Positions 20,694 through 27,844 of a DNA stretch of 32,000 bases are shown one piece after another (the first letter of the stretch is position 1; the number at the start of each line of letters is the position of its first letter). The position numbers and the translations under genes were made by a program. Source of the stretch: Synechococcus sp. A15-28 (GTDB lineage: Bacteria > Cyanobacteriota > Cyanobacteriia > PCC-6307 > Cyanobiaceae). The stretch spans positions 1,440,001 to 1,472,000 of the forward strand of contig NZ_CP047931.1 in NCBI RefSeq assembly GCF_014280175.1, written 5' to 3'. Under the pieces are notes generated by a model that was not told the DNA's origin, ran no database searches, and saw only the letters and a program-made list of their open reading frames with translations.

Positions 20694-21563
20694 ATGCCTG
20701 AGGACTCCATTACAGAGCTCACCACGACGGTGTTGCGCAAGTCGAAGGGCCGCCAGCTTGCAGACGGCGATCGACTCCTCGTGAACTACCAGGGGACTCT
20801 GCTGAGCGGAGAGCAATTTGACGCGAGCTTCGACTTCAGCAGCTTCGAAGCCGAAGCTGGCCGCAGACCCTTCGAATTCGTACTAGGCGCGGGGCAAGTG
20901 ATTCAGGGCTGGGATCAGGGCTTGAACGGTCAGAAGCTCGGTGAGGTTGTGGAGCTCAAGATCCCCTCAGAGCTCGCCTACGGCGAACAAGCCATCGGCG
21001 ACAGCATTCCTCCGAACAGTTCCTTGATCTTCACGGTTGAGGTGCTTGCGATGCTTCCAGCTGGCGAAGCCGTTCCGATCTATCTCGATTTCAAGGACAT
21101 CGGGATCAAGCCCAAGAAGATCGGTCTCACCGATGAACTCCTGGCAACGGTCCAGTTCTCCAAAACAGGGCTGAACCTCAACGATGAACTGAACGGAGGC
21201 GAAGAAGCTGATCTGCTTATCGGCCTCAAAGGCAAGGACACCCTCGATGGAGGCCTTGGCGCCGATGTGCTGATCGGCGGTAAAGGCAAGGACCGTTTCC
21301 TGTACTCAGGCGTGGAGGATTCGCTGGCCGATGCGGATGGGCGCGATCACATCCTTGATTTCGGCAAGAAGGACAAGATCAATCTGCAAGCCCTTGCTGA
21401 GGAGCTGCAGTACATCAAAAAGCGGCAGTTCACCGGAACGGCCGGCGAAGTACGGTTCAAAAAGGAGACCCTTTCGATCGACATCGATGGCGACGAGTCG
21501 GCGGATTTTGCCGTTGCTATGCCCGGGGTTGAGAAGCTGAAGGGGTCCAATCTGCTCCTCTGA
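20694..21563 (+). CDS. FKBP-type peptidyl-prolyl isomerase fused to an RTX Ca-binding repeat / serralysin-C-like domain
   Basis: The N-terminal half matches FKBP_C (LLVNYQGTLLSGEQFDASF...FEFVLGAGQVIQGWDQGL...IPSELAYG...IPPNSSLIFTVEVL). The C-terminal half has GGxGxD-type nonapeptides (GGEEADLLIG, LKGKDTLDG, GLGADVLIG, GKGKDRFLY). These are followed by DHILDFGKKDKINL...FTGTAGEVRF...IDIDGDESADFAV. Confidence 0.8.
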   Translation: MPEDSITELTTTVLRKSKGRQLADGDRLLVNYQGTLLSGEQFDASFDFSSFEAEAGRRPFEFVLGAGQVIQGWDQGLNGQKLGEVVELKIPSELAYGEQAIGDSIPPNSSLIFTVEVLAMLPAGEAVPIYLDFKDIGIKPKKIGLTDELLATVQFSKTGLNLNDELNGGEEADLLIGLKGKDTLDGGLGADVLIGGKGKDRFLYSGVEDSLADADGRDHILDFGKKDKINLQALAEELQYIKKRQFTGTAGEVRFKKETLSIDIDGDESADFAVAMPGVEKLKGSNLLL

Positions 21564-21578
21564 CGTCTCCCCTCGGAT

Positions 21579-22268
21579 ATGCCCCTTCTGCCCAGACGGT
21601 TTGAACGGCTGAAATCCGTTTTGAACCATCGCATGGCAGATCTGACCGTGGTGCTGGAGCACGTGGAGAAGCCCCACAACCTCTCCGCCATCCTGCGCAG
21701 CTGCGATGCGGTGGGAGCCCTGGAGGCCCACATCGTCAGCCTGCAGGGACGTCCCCGCACCTTCAACAGCACCGCCCAGGGCAGTCAGAAATGGGTGCCC
21801 CTGAACGACCATCCGGACATCGAGACCGCAATCTGCAGCCTCAAAAACAGGGGATTTCGGATCTACGGCACCCACCTCGGGGTTGAAGCGAAGGACTACC
21901 GGGACTGTGACTTCACCGGTCCAACCGCATTTGTGCTGGGGGCGGAGAAATGGGGCCTGACCGATCAGGCCAGAGACCTGATGGATGAGGCCCTGTTCAT
22001 CCCGATGCGGGGCATGGTGCAGTCCCTGAATGTTTCGGTCGCCACGGCCACCCTGTTGTTCGAGGCCTTGCGCCAGCGCCAGGTGGCTGGAACAGCTCCA
22101 ACGCGGGGGGAAGGGTTGTCAGCAGACCATTACAGACAGCTACTGTTCGAGTGGTCCTACCCCCAGGTGGCCGCCTGGTGCCGGGAGCAGGGGCGTCCGT
22201 ACCCCGAACTCAATGATGAAGGAGAGCTGCTGGAAGAGCTGCCCCGAACAGTGAAGTTGCGCTGCTGA
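21579..22268 (+). CDS. trmH: tRNA/rRNA 2'-O-methyltransferase, SpoU/TrmH family (TrmH-like)
   Basis: HNLSAILRSCDAVG, FVLGAEKWGL and IPMRGMVQSLNVSVATA motifs. Confidence 0.82.
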   Translation: MPLLPRRFERLKSVLNHRMADLTVVLEHVEKPHNLSAILRSCDAVGALEAHIVSLQGRPRTFNSTAQGSQKWVPLNDHPDIETAICSLKNRGFRIYGTHLGVEAKDYRDCDFTGPTAFVLGAEKWGLTDQARDLMDEALFIPMRGMVQSLNVSVATATLLFEALRQRQVAGTAPTRGEGLSADHYRQLLFEWSYPQVAAWCREQGRPYPELNDEGELLEELPRTVKLRC

Positions 22269-22333
22269 TTTCACAGGTCCCCTTGCCGATGGGGGCGCAG
22301 CTGAGCCATAACCGAATCAGCGAATTGTCAGGA

Positions 22334-22507
22334 ATGGACGACAAAGCAATGCACGACTACGCCGTCACGTATCACTGCGGCGAGGAATGGGGCGAGGAGA
22401 TGCTGCAGTCCGTCGATCTGGGCCAGGCGGTGGAGGCGGCCCATGCCCTGTTCCCCAGCTCCTGCAGGATTTCCATCCGTGAAGTGAAGCCCCCCGCCAG
22501 CCGCTGA
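22334..22507 (+). CDS. Hypothetical small protein (57 aa)
   Basis: ATG-initiated part of ORF 22283-22507. No family recognised; weak support. Confidence 0.3.
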   Translation: MDDKAMHDYAVTYHCGEEWGEEMLQSVDLGQAVEAAHALFPSSCRISIREVKPPASR

Positions 22508-22511
22508 GGAA

Positions 22512-22727
22512 TCAGTGGCGTGAACCGGAGGCAAAGGGCAAACGCAGGGCCGCGATCAGTGCCACGCTCTCCAGCACAAGGTTCTGGCTGACCAAGACCA
22601 CCACCAGAACCAGCAGTGCTGCCAGCAACCGCTCCAGCAGCCCGATCACATCATCGGGATTGTTGCGGCCTGACATCCACAGCATCACGGAGATCGCCAG
22701 GAACAGCAGGCTGGTCCACCAAGGCAT
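22512..22727 (-). CDS. Hypothetical small membrane protein (71 aa, two hydrophobic helices)
   Basis: The ATG at 22725-22727 opens MPWWTSLLFLAISVMLW...LLAALLVLVVVLV. It lies 20 nt downstream of the permease gene on the same strand. Confidence 0.4.
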   Translation of the reverse strand: MPWWTSLLFLAISVMLWMSGRNNPDDVIGLLERLLAALLVLVVVLVSQNLVLESVALIAALRLPFASGSRH

Positions 22728-22747
22728 GGCGTGAGGAACTGTTGCCG

Positions 22748-23569
22748 TCAGTTTGACGTCGGTTGGTTCTCCGCGCCGCTGACCCAGGCTTCGATGCCTT
22801 CCCCGAGGAAGGACAGGCCCAGCACCAGGATGAACATGGCCAACCCTGGAAACAGAGCGGTCCACCACACACCGGTGGGCACCGCCGCCAGAGCCAGGTT
22901 CAGATCGCCGCCCCACTCGGGCACGGTTTCCGGCAGCCCCAGACCAAGGAAACCCAGGCCCCCCAGCACCAGAACGGCATCGGCGGCGTTGAGGGTGAGC
23001 AGCACCGGCACCGAGGTGATCACGTTGCGGAAGAGGTAACGGCGCAGGATCCACAACGGCCCTGCACCGAGGGTGCGGGCGGCTTCCACAAACAGTTCAC
23101 TCTTCACCTGAGCCGTCTGGTTGCGCACCACCCGGAAGTACTGCGGTACGTAGACGACACACAGGGCGGCAGCGGCATTGGGGATGCCCTTGCCCAGCAG
23201 AAATGCCAGCACCACCGACAGCAACAGCACTGGAAGCGTGTACAGGGTGTCCATCAGCAGCACCAGCACCCGGTCGACGGCACCCCCCAGGTAGCCGCTC
23301 ACCATGCCCAGGGGAACACCCACCAGCAGGGCAACACCAACCGCCAACAGCACCACCTGCAGGGCCACCCCACTGCCGGCCATGGTGCGGATGCAAACAT
23401 CCCGGCCGAGGCGATCGGTACCGCACCAATGCTCAAAGGTGGGCGGCGCATAGATCGGATTCGCCAGGCCGGCGTTGGCATCCGGCAACCAGCCCAGGGC
23501 GACAAGAATCGGCGTGAACACGGCGATGACGCCATAGATGCCCACGATCACGAGCCCCCAACGGGCCAT
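22748..23569 (-). CDS. ABC transporter permease, peptide/nickel (DppC/OppC) family
   Basis: Multi-TM protein with DRLGRDV and the EAA-like loop FVEAARTLGAGPLWILRRYLFRNV. The ORF is open to 23650, and the alternative ATGs at 23650, 23623 and 23569 cannot be resolved by eye. Confidence 0.85.
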   Translation of the reverse strand: MARWGLVIVGIYGVIAVFTPILVALGWLPDANAGLANPIYAPPTFEHWCGTDRLGRDVCIRTMAGSGVALQVVLLAVGVALLVGVPLGMVSGYLGGAVDRVLVLLMDTLYTLPVLLLSVVLAFLLGKGIPNAAAALCVVYVPQYFRVVRNQTAQVKSELFVEAARTLGAGPLWILRRYLFRNVITSVPVLLTLNAADAVLVLGGLGFLGLGLPETVPEWGGDLNLALAAVPTGVWWTALFPGLAMFILVLGLSFLGEGIEAWVSGAENQPTSN

Positions 23570-23648
23570 CCGTGTGGAGAGGCTGAGGATCACGAAAGGG
23601 GTTCCATGCAACGGATGCATCATCCCCCCATCAGCGGGAGAATGGGCC

Positions 23649-25088
23649 ATGGCAACCTCCCGATCCTGGCGCCGGACGCTGCTGGGCAGCCTGCAGGGTC
23701 AACTGCAGTTGGCGACCTATTTGGCCGTGTTCATCGGCTTCACAGGTGCATCGTCAGCTGGGCTCTGGATCGGCCAGCGCAACCTGATTCAAAACGACCT
23801 CCGGGAGCTCCGAGACAGCGCTGATTCCATCCAGCAGTGCCTGCGGAAGGGAGGTGGGGACGATGCAAGTGTTCGACAGGAGCTGCTGCTGCATTCCAGA
23901 ATGCGCACAAGCCTCTGGATCGAGCAACCCGATGGGTCGCTGCTGTTGCCCGAGAGCGATCATGTGTCGATCTCGGATCAGACAATCCGAGCGGCCATGG
24001 CCGCCAACCAGAAACGAACCGTTGGGCTGCAGCAGCAGTTGCGTCTTGGAGAGAACCAATACCTGAGTGAACTGGTGGAGCGATTCCCCTCCGGCGCCCG
24101 GCTCTGGATCAGCCATGAGGTGAGCTCGAACCAACAGGCCCTGAGCCATTACCTGGGGCTGATGATCCTCATCTGGGGGAGCTGTCTGATCATCACGCTG
24201 ATTGCTGTGAGCGCCCTTGTGCGTCGCATCGTGCAACCGCTCCAGCAACTCAATGCCGCGACGAACGACGTCACCGCCGAGACCCTGGCCTCAGCCCGAC
24301 TGACGTTGAAGCACGGTCCCATCGAAGTGCTCCAACTGGGTCGCACCTATGACGCCCTGCTGGAACGTCTCTCCCAGTCATGGGAATTGCAGCGTCAGTT
24401 CGTCAGCACCGTCAGCCACGAATTGCGCACGCCCCTCACGATCGTGCAGGGCTATTTGCACCGCACGATCCGCCGCAGCGACAACCTGTCATCAGGTCAA
24501 CTCAAAGGCCTGCAAACAGCGGAGGACGAGAGCATCCGCATGCGACGGCTTCTCGATGATCTTCTCGATCTCTCCCGAAGCGATTCAGGACGGCTGAGCA
24601 TCAGCCATGAACCCCTTCAGCTGATCGATCAACTGGACCAGGTCGTGACACTTGCCCGCAGCACCCTGAGCCGCAGGCTGGAGCTCAATCTTCCGGAATT
24701 GACCGATTCAGACGCCGTGATCGTGCAGTCCGACCCGGCGAGGCTGCGCCAGGTTCTGCTCGATCTGATCGAAAACGCCGATAAATATTCCCCGAATGAC
24801 CGTCCCATTCGTCTGACCCTGCGCCTTGAACAAGAGTTCGCCTGCATTGACGTGATCGATGAGGGCATCGGCATCCCCGCTGATGAGCTGGAACGGGTGT
24901 TCGAGCGGTTTCAACGGGCCAGCAATGCCACGGAGAAAAGCGGATCAGGGCTTGGACTGTCGGTGGTGAAGCTGCTGGTGGAGGGAATGGGCGGCACCAT
25001 TGGGGTCAGCAGCCACCTGAATCAAGGCAGCTGTTTCACCGTGAGGTTGCCGCGATTATTGCGTATCTGGTGTTCTGCTCTCTGCTGA
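23649..25088 (+). CDS. Sensor histidine kinase (two TM helices, HAMP, HisKA, HATPase_c)
   Basis: H-box FVSTVSHELRTPLT, N-box LIENADKY, and G-boxes DEGIGIP and GSGLGLSVV. The ATG at 23649 precedes the first TM helix. No response regulator is adjacent. Confidence 0.88.
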   Translation: MATSRSWRRTLLGSLQGQLQLATYLAVFIGFTGASSAGLWIGQRNLIQNDLRELRDSADSIQQCLRKGGGDDASVRQELLLHSRMRTSLWIEQPDGSLLLPESDHVSISDQTIRAAMAANQKRTVGLQQQLRLGENQYLSELVERFPSGARLWISHEVSSNQQALSHYLGLMILIWGSCLIITLIAVSALVRRIVQPLQQLNAATNDVTAETLASARLTLKHGPIEVLQLGRTYDALLERLSQSWELQRQFVSTVSHELRTPLTIVQGYLHRTIRRSDNLSSGQLKGLQTAEDESIRMRRLLDDLLDLSRSDSGRLSISHEPLQLIDQLDQVVTLARSTLSRRLELNLPELTDSDAVIVQSDPARLRQVLLDLIENADKYSPNDRPIRLTLRLEQEFACIDVIDEGIGIPADELERVFERFQRASNATEKSGSGLGLSVVKLLVEGMGGTIGVSSHLNQGSCFTVRLPRLLRIWCSALC

Positions 25089-25405
25089 TCCCAGCCAACC
25101 TGTGGGCCGCGATCACGCCGCACCTGCACAGCGACCTGTCGATGCGCGTTTTGCACGGTGTGTCCACGTTGGCCCTGCTGCCTCTGCTCTGGAGCCTGTG
25201 GCAGGGGCGGCAGTGGCAGAACCCACTGGTCTCGCTGGTGCTCGGGGTGTTCGGCGTGATGCTGGTGCTGGTGAACAGCTGGATCACCGCCATGGGCATG
25301 GGGGTGGAATTCGGCTGGCTTGATCACGTGATGCTGTCCGTGGCCTACGGCAGTGTTATGGCGTTCTTCCTGCTCAAACCTGAGGCTGCTGAACAGGAGT
25401 CGTGA
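25070..25405 (+). CDS. Hypothetical membrane protein (111 aa, about 3 TM helices)
   Basis: GTG start overlapping the kinase 3' end by 19 nt. The sequence is strongly hydrophobic. No family recognised. Confidence 0.45.
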   Translation: MFCSLLIPANLWAAITPHLHSDLSMRVLHGVSTLALLPLLWSLWQGRQWQNPLVSLVLGVFGVMLVLVNSWITAMGMGVEFGWLDHVMLSVAYGSVMAFFLLKPEAAEQES

Positions 25406-25406
25406 A

Positions 25407-25958
25407 CTAACCAACGCCGGTGCTGCGGACCCGACGGTCCTTGCCGGGAAGACGTTGCTCCAGATGGAATTCCAGCAGGGGCAAGCCATCGGGCTGACGG
25501 ACTCTGAAGGCTTCCACGCCATCAAGAACCACCCGGTTTTGGTAGGCACCGCCCGGGCGGGCACGACCGTTCAGATCAAAGGCAGGGCCGCAACGCATCA
25601 ACACCTGGCCCTGCCAGATCGCTGATGGTGCCGTCCCAAGGGAATACACCACAGGGTTTGAGCCATGTCTTGGTTGGATGGCGAGCAGCGGTCGCCGGCC
25701 GGACAGTCCACAGGCCCAACGTTGTTGCGGGTTCGGATCGAGCTGCCAGGAAGCAGCTTGGCGGAGGTCACCCTTCACCAACGCCAGGGTTCGGCGTTGC
25801 ATCCCTTTCATCAGCATGGCCTGCGCCAGGGAGCCGCCCTGGCGCAGCTCGCCAAGCAGGAGCTGACCCATCACACCGCAGAGCAGCAGTCCCAGAGCCG
25901 CTGCCAACAGCAACTCCACCAGGGTGAAGCCAGCGGAGGAACGATCAGCGCGCATCAC
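25407..25958 (-). CDS. Prepilin-type minor pilin (PilW-like)
   Basis: Class III signal MMRADRSSAG|FTLVELLLAAALGLLL, with Gly at -1, Phe at +1 and Glu at +5. It is the last gene of the four-gene operon, and its start overlaps the upstream stop. Confidence 0.75.
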   Translation of the reverse strand: MMRADRSSAGFTLVELLLAAALGLLLCGVMGQLLLGELRQGGSLAQAMLMKGMQRRTLALVKGDLRQAASWQLDPNPQQRWACGLSGRRPLLAIQPRHGSNPVVYSLGTAPSAIWQGQVLMRCGPAFDLNGRARPGGAYQNRVVLDGVEAFRVRQPDGLPLLEFHLEQRLPGKDRRVRSTGVG

Positions 25959-26460
25959 GGGGCCTGCATTGGGAACTGCTGAGGGGAGTGTTGATGTCTG
26001 CGCGGTAGATGCCGCCGCGGGTGATGCCGAGGGGCAAGCCGATCACGAAACAGAGAGCGTGGTTGCGCTGGGGGTGGCTCAGCACCACCAGACTGCTATC
26101 AAGCACCAGACCATTGGCGGTGAACCGCACGACATCAGGCAGGTTGCTGCGCAGGATCAACGGGCTGGCGCCTTGGTCCTGCAGATCCAGGCTTCCTCCA
26201 CGGCAGGCCGGCAGATCCCCAGCCACCGGGGGTTGCCAGCCTTGAGGGGTGAGATGCAACGCGCAAGGCTGCTGATTGCGTTCTGCGGCCATCTGGCCTC
26301 GATCCACCCCGATGCGCAAGCGCCGCAACCCAGTTTCCAGGTCAAGGTTGTGTTTCACCGCCGCCGGGCTGGCGATGGCGATCGACGCCAGGATCCCCAG
26401 CATCACCACCGCGAGGAGCAGTTCGATCAGGCTGAAACCAGCGCATGGATCGCGATCCAT
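25945..26460 (-). CDS. Prepilin-type minor pilin / pseudopilin (FimT/GspH-like)
   Basis: MDRDPCAG|FSLIELLLAVVMLGILASIAIA is a canonical cleavage/methylation motif. Its ATG at 26458-26460 overlaps the upstream TGA (ATGA). Confidence 0.75.
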   Translation of the reverse strand: MDRDPCAGFSLIELLLAVVMLGILASIAIASPAAVKHNLDLETGLRRLRIGVDRGQMAAERNQQPCALHLTPQGWQPPVAGDLPACRGGSLDLQDQGASPLILRSNLPDVVRFTANGLVLDSSLVVLSHPQRNHALCFVIGLPLGITRGGIYRADINTPLSSSQCRPRDAR

Positions 26461-26840
26461 CAGGGCACCTCTGCGCGGCAATGACCCAACCCAGCGGGAG
26501 TCAACAACTGGCGGCGTTGCACCGGACCATGGGCCACGGTGAGCCAGAGGCCATCGGTGGACCGATCGTCTTCGACCGTTTCTGTGATGGCGGGAGCCAT
26601 GGGTATGGCACTGAGCGCGGCATCCACGGCATCGCCGTCAAAGCGGCAATGGGGATGCACCACTGGGGCTTTTGCCAGCACTCGCCGCGTGATCAGGAGC
26701 CGTTGCTCCAATTGAGTGAGCTGCTGATCCAGCTGATCAGCGGCGGCGGCAGCCTGGGCTGTGCGGGTCCACCCCTGCAAACCCACCTGGGTGCTGATCC
26801 CCAGGATCACTGCGGAGACGAGCACTTCCGTGAGCGTCAT
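26460..26840 (-). CDS. Pilin-like protein with apparently leaderless N-terminus (PilV-like)
   Basis: It starts MTLTEVLVSAVILGISTQV, that is xTLxE plus a hydrophobic helix but no leader peptide. Its ATG at 26838-26840 overlaps the upstream TGA (ATGA). An alternative ATG at 26885 would give the non-canonical leader MERWPPEPAGSGAAA. Confidence 0.6.
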   Translation of the reverse strand: MTLTEVLVSAVILGISTQVGLQGWTRTAQAAAAADQLDQQLTQLEQRLLITRRVLAKAPVVHPHCRFDGDAVDAALSAIPMAPAITETVEDDRSTDGLWLTVAHGPVQRRQLLTPAGLGHCRAEVP

Positions 26841-27250
26841 GGCAGCAGCTCCAGATCCAGCCGGCTCTGGCGGCCATCGCTCCATTGCAGTCGCAAGGTT
26901 CCGGCCAACGCGCCCTGGGGTTGCCAATCCAGCAGTTGCCAGTCGCGATCGGCGACTCGGCCGGATTGAAGCGCTGCAGGGTTCGCCCCAGGGCAGCCCG
27001 CCGGGAGGTCCCACTCGGAGGAGGGCAAGGCCAGCAGGCAGGCATGGGCACCGGCAGCGTGCTGTTTGAAGGCCATCGCCACCGAACGCTCGGCATCGCG
27101 GGTCTGGGCGGTGACCAGCGCCTGGCTGCTGCGCTGGCGCGCGTGCAAGGCGAGGGTCTACAACGACAAACTGCTCAGCAGCAGCAGGGCCGAAGTGGTT
27201 AGCGCCAGGGGCAGAGCAAAGCCCCTGCTGGCAACAGGATGAATCAACAT
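26837..27250 (-). pseudogene. PilX-N-like minor pilin interrupted by an in-frame TAG at 27158-27160
   Basis: ATG 27248-27250 opens MLIHPVASRG|FALPLALTTSALLLLSSLSL, then TAG. The same frame continues TLALHARQRSSQALVTAQTRDAERS... to the stop at 26837. I verified the frame codon by codon. A TTG at 27148 could restart translation, but the product would lack the N-terminal anchor. Confidence 0.6.
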
Positions 27251-27472
27251 CAGCAAATGGTGGGCTGAAAGAAGGGTTCCCCGCTGACGCTGTTGTTGAT
27301 CACATTAAAAAGTGCGCAAGACATTTAATTGAATGCATCGAAAACCAAGGACCTGCAACTGAAAGAACAATGAGACCCAGCCTCAGAAAGAACTCATCTC
27401 AATAAAAGCCGCGACTCAGACAAGGCCTTCAAGATCAGTGGATAGTGAATATGTCGAGATCAATTCCGATTG
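27251..27472. promoter_or_regulatory. AT-rich divergent intergenic region, presumed to hold promoters and 5' UTRs for the minor-pilin operon (-) and the pilA-like gene (+)
   Basis: 222 nt of non-coding AT-rich DNA lie between two divergent start codons. I could not place convincing -35/-10 boxes by eye. Confidence 0.3.
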
Positions 27473-27841
27473 ATGACTAACAAATTCCTGCAAACCGCAC
27501 TCCTCAATAACAAGAAAGCCAAGAACGCACTCCAAAAAGGTTTCACCCTGGTGGAACTGATGGTCGTGATTGTAATCGTGGGCATCCTGTCTGCTGTTGC
27601 TTTACCTCAACTAAACGCGGCACAAGACCGAGCCAAAGATTCTGTTGCCAAGCAGGAGGCAATTGCAGCTGCTAAAGAGTGTTCCATTTACACCCTTGCT
27701 GGTGGCACCATTCCTAATGGGTCTCAATACATAGCTGTTACTATTGGGAAAGATTGTGCAGATGTGGTTTCTACCAGTCCCACTGGCACCACTTACAAAG
27801 TCACCCTGACTGACGGCATTCCTGGACCTGTTGAGGACTGA
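27473..27841 (+). CDS. pilA: Type IV pilin (PilA-like) with a 23-aa leader
   Basis: MTNKFLQTALLNNKKAKNALQKG|FTLVELMVVIVIVGILSAVALPQL has Gly at -1, Phe at +1 and Glu at +5. A small globular domain with two Cys follows. The long basic leader resembles cyanobacterial PilA1-type pilins. Confidence 0.88.
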   Translation: MTNKFLQTALLNNKKAKNALQKGFTLVELMVVIVIVGILSAVALPQLNAAQDRAKDSVAKQEAIAAAKECSIYTLAGGTIPNGSQYIAVTIGKDCADVVSTSPTGTTYKVTLTDGIPGPVED

Positions 27842-27844
27842 TTT

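Noticed and set aside
26840-26885. Alternative upstream start (ATG 26885) for the PilV-like gene.
   Set aside because: It would overlap the upstream gene by 49 nt and give a leader without basic residues or a Gly at -1. The ATGA overlap at 26837-26840 is the more parsimonious start, but this remains unresolved.
27451-27480. 9-codon upstream ORF (MSRSIPIDD) overlapping the pilA start.
   Set aside because: There is no SD and no way to test conservation. Small ORFs of this size are expected by chance in AT-rich DNA.
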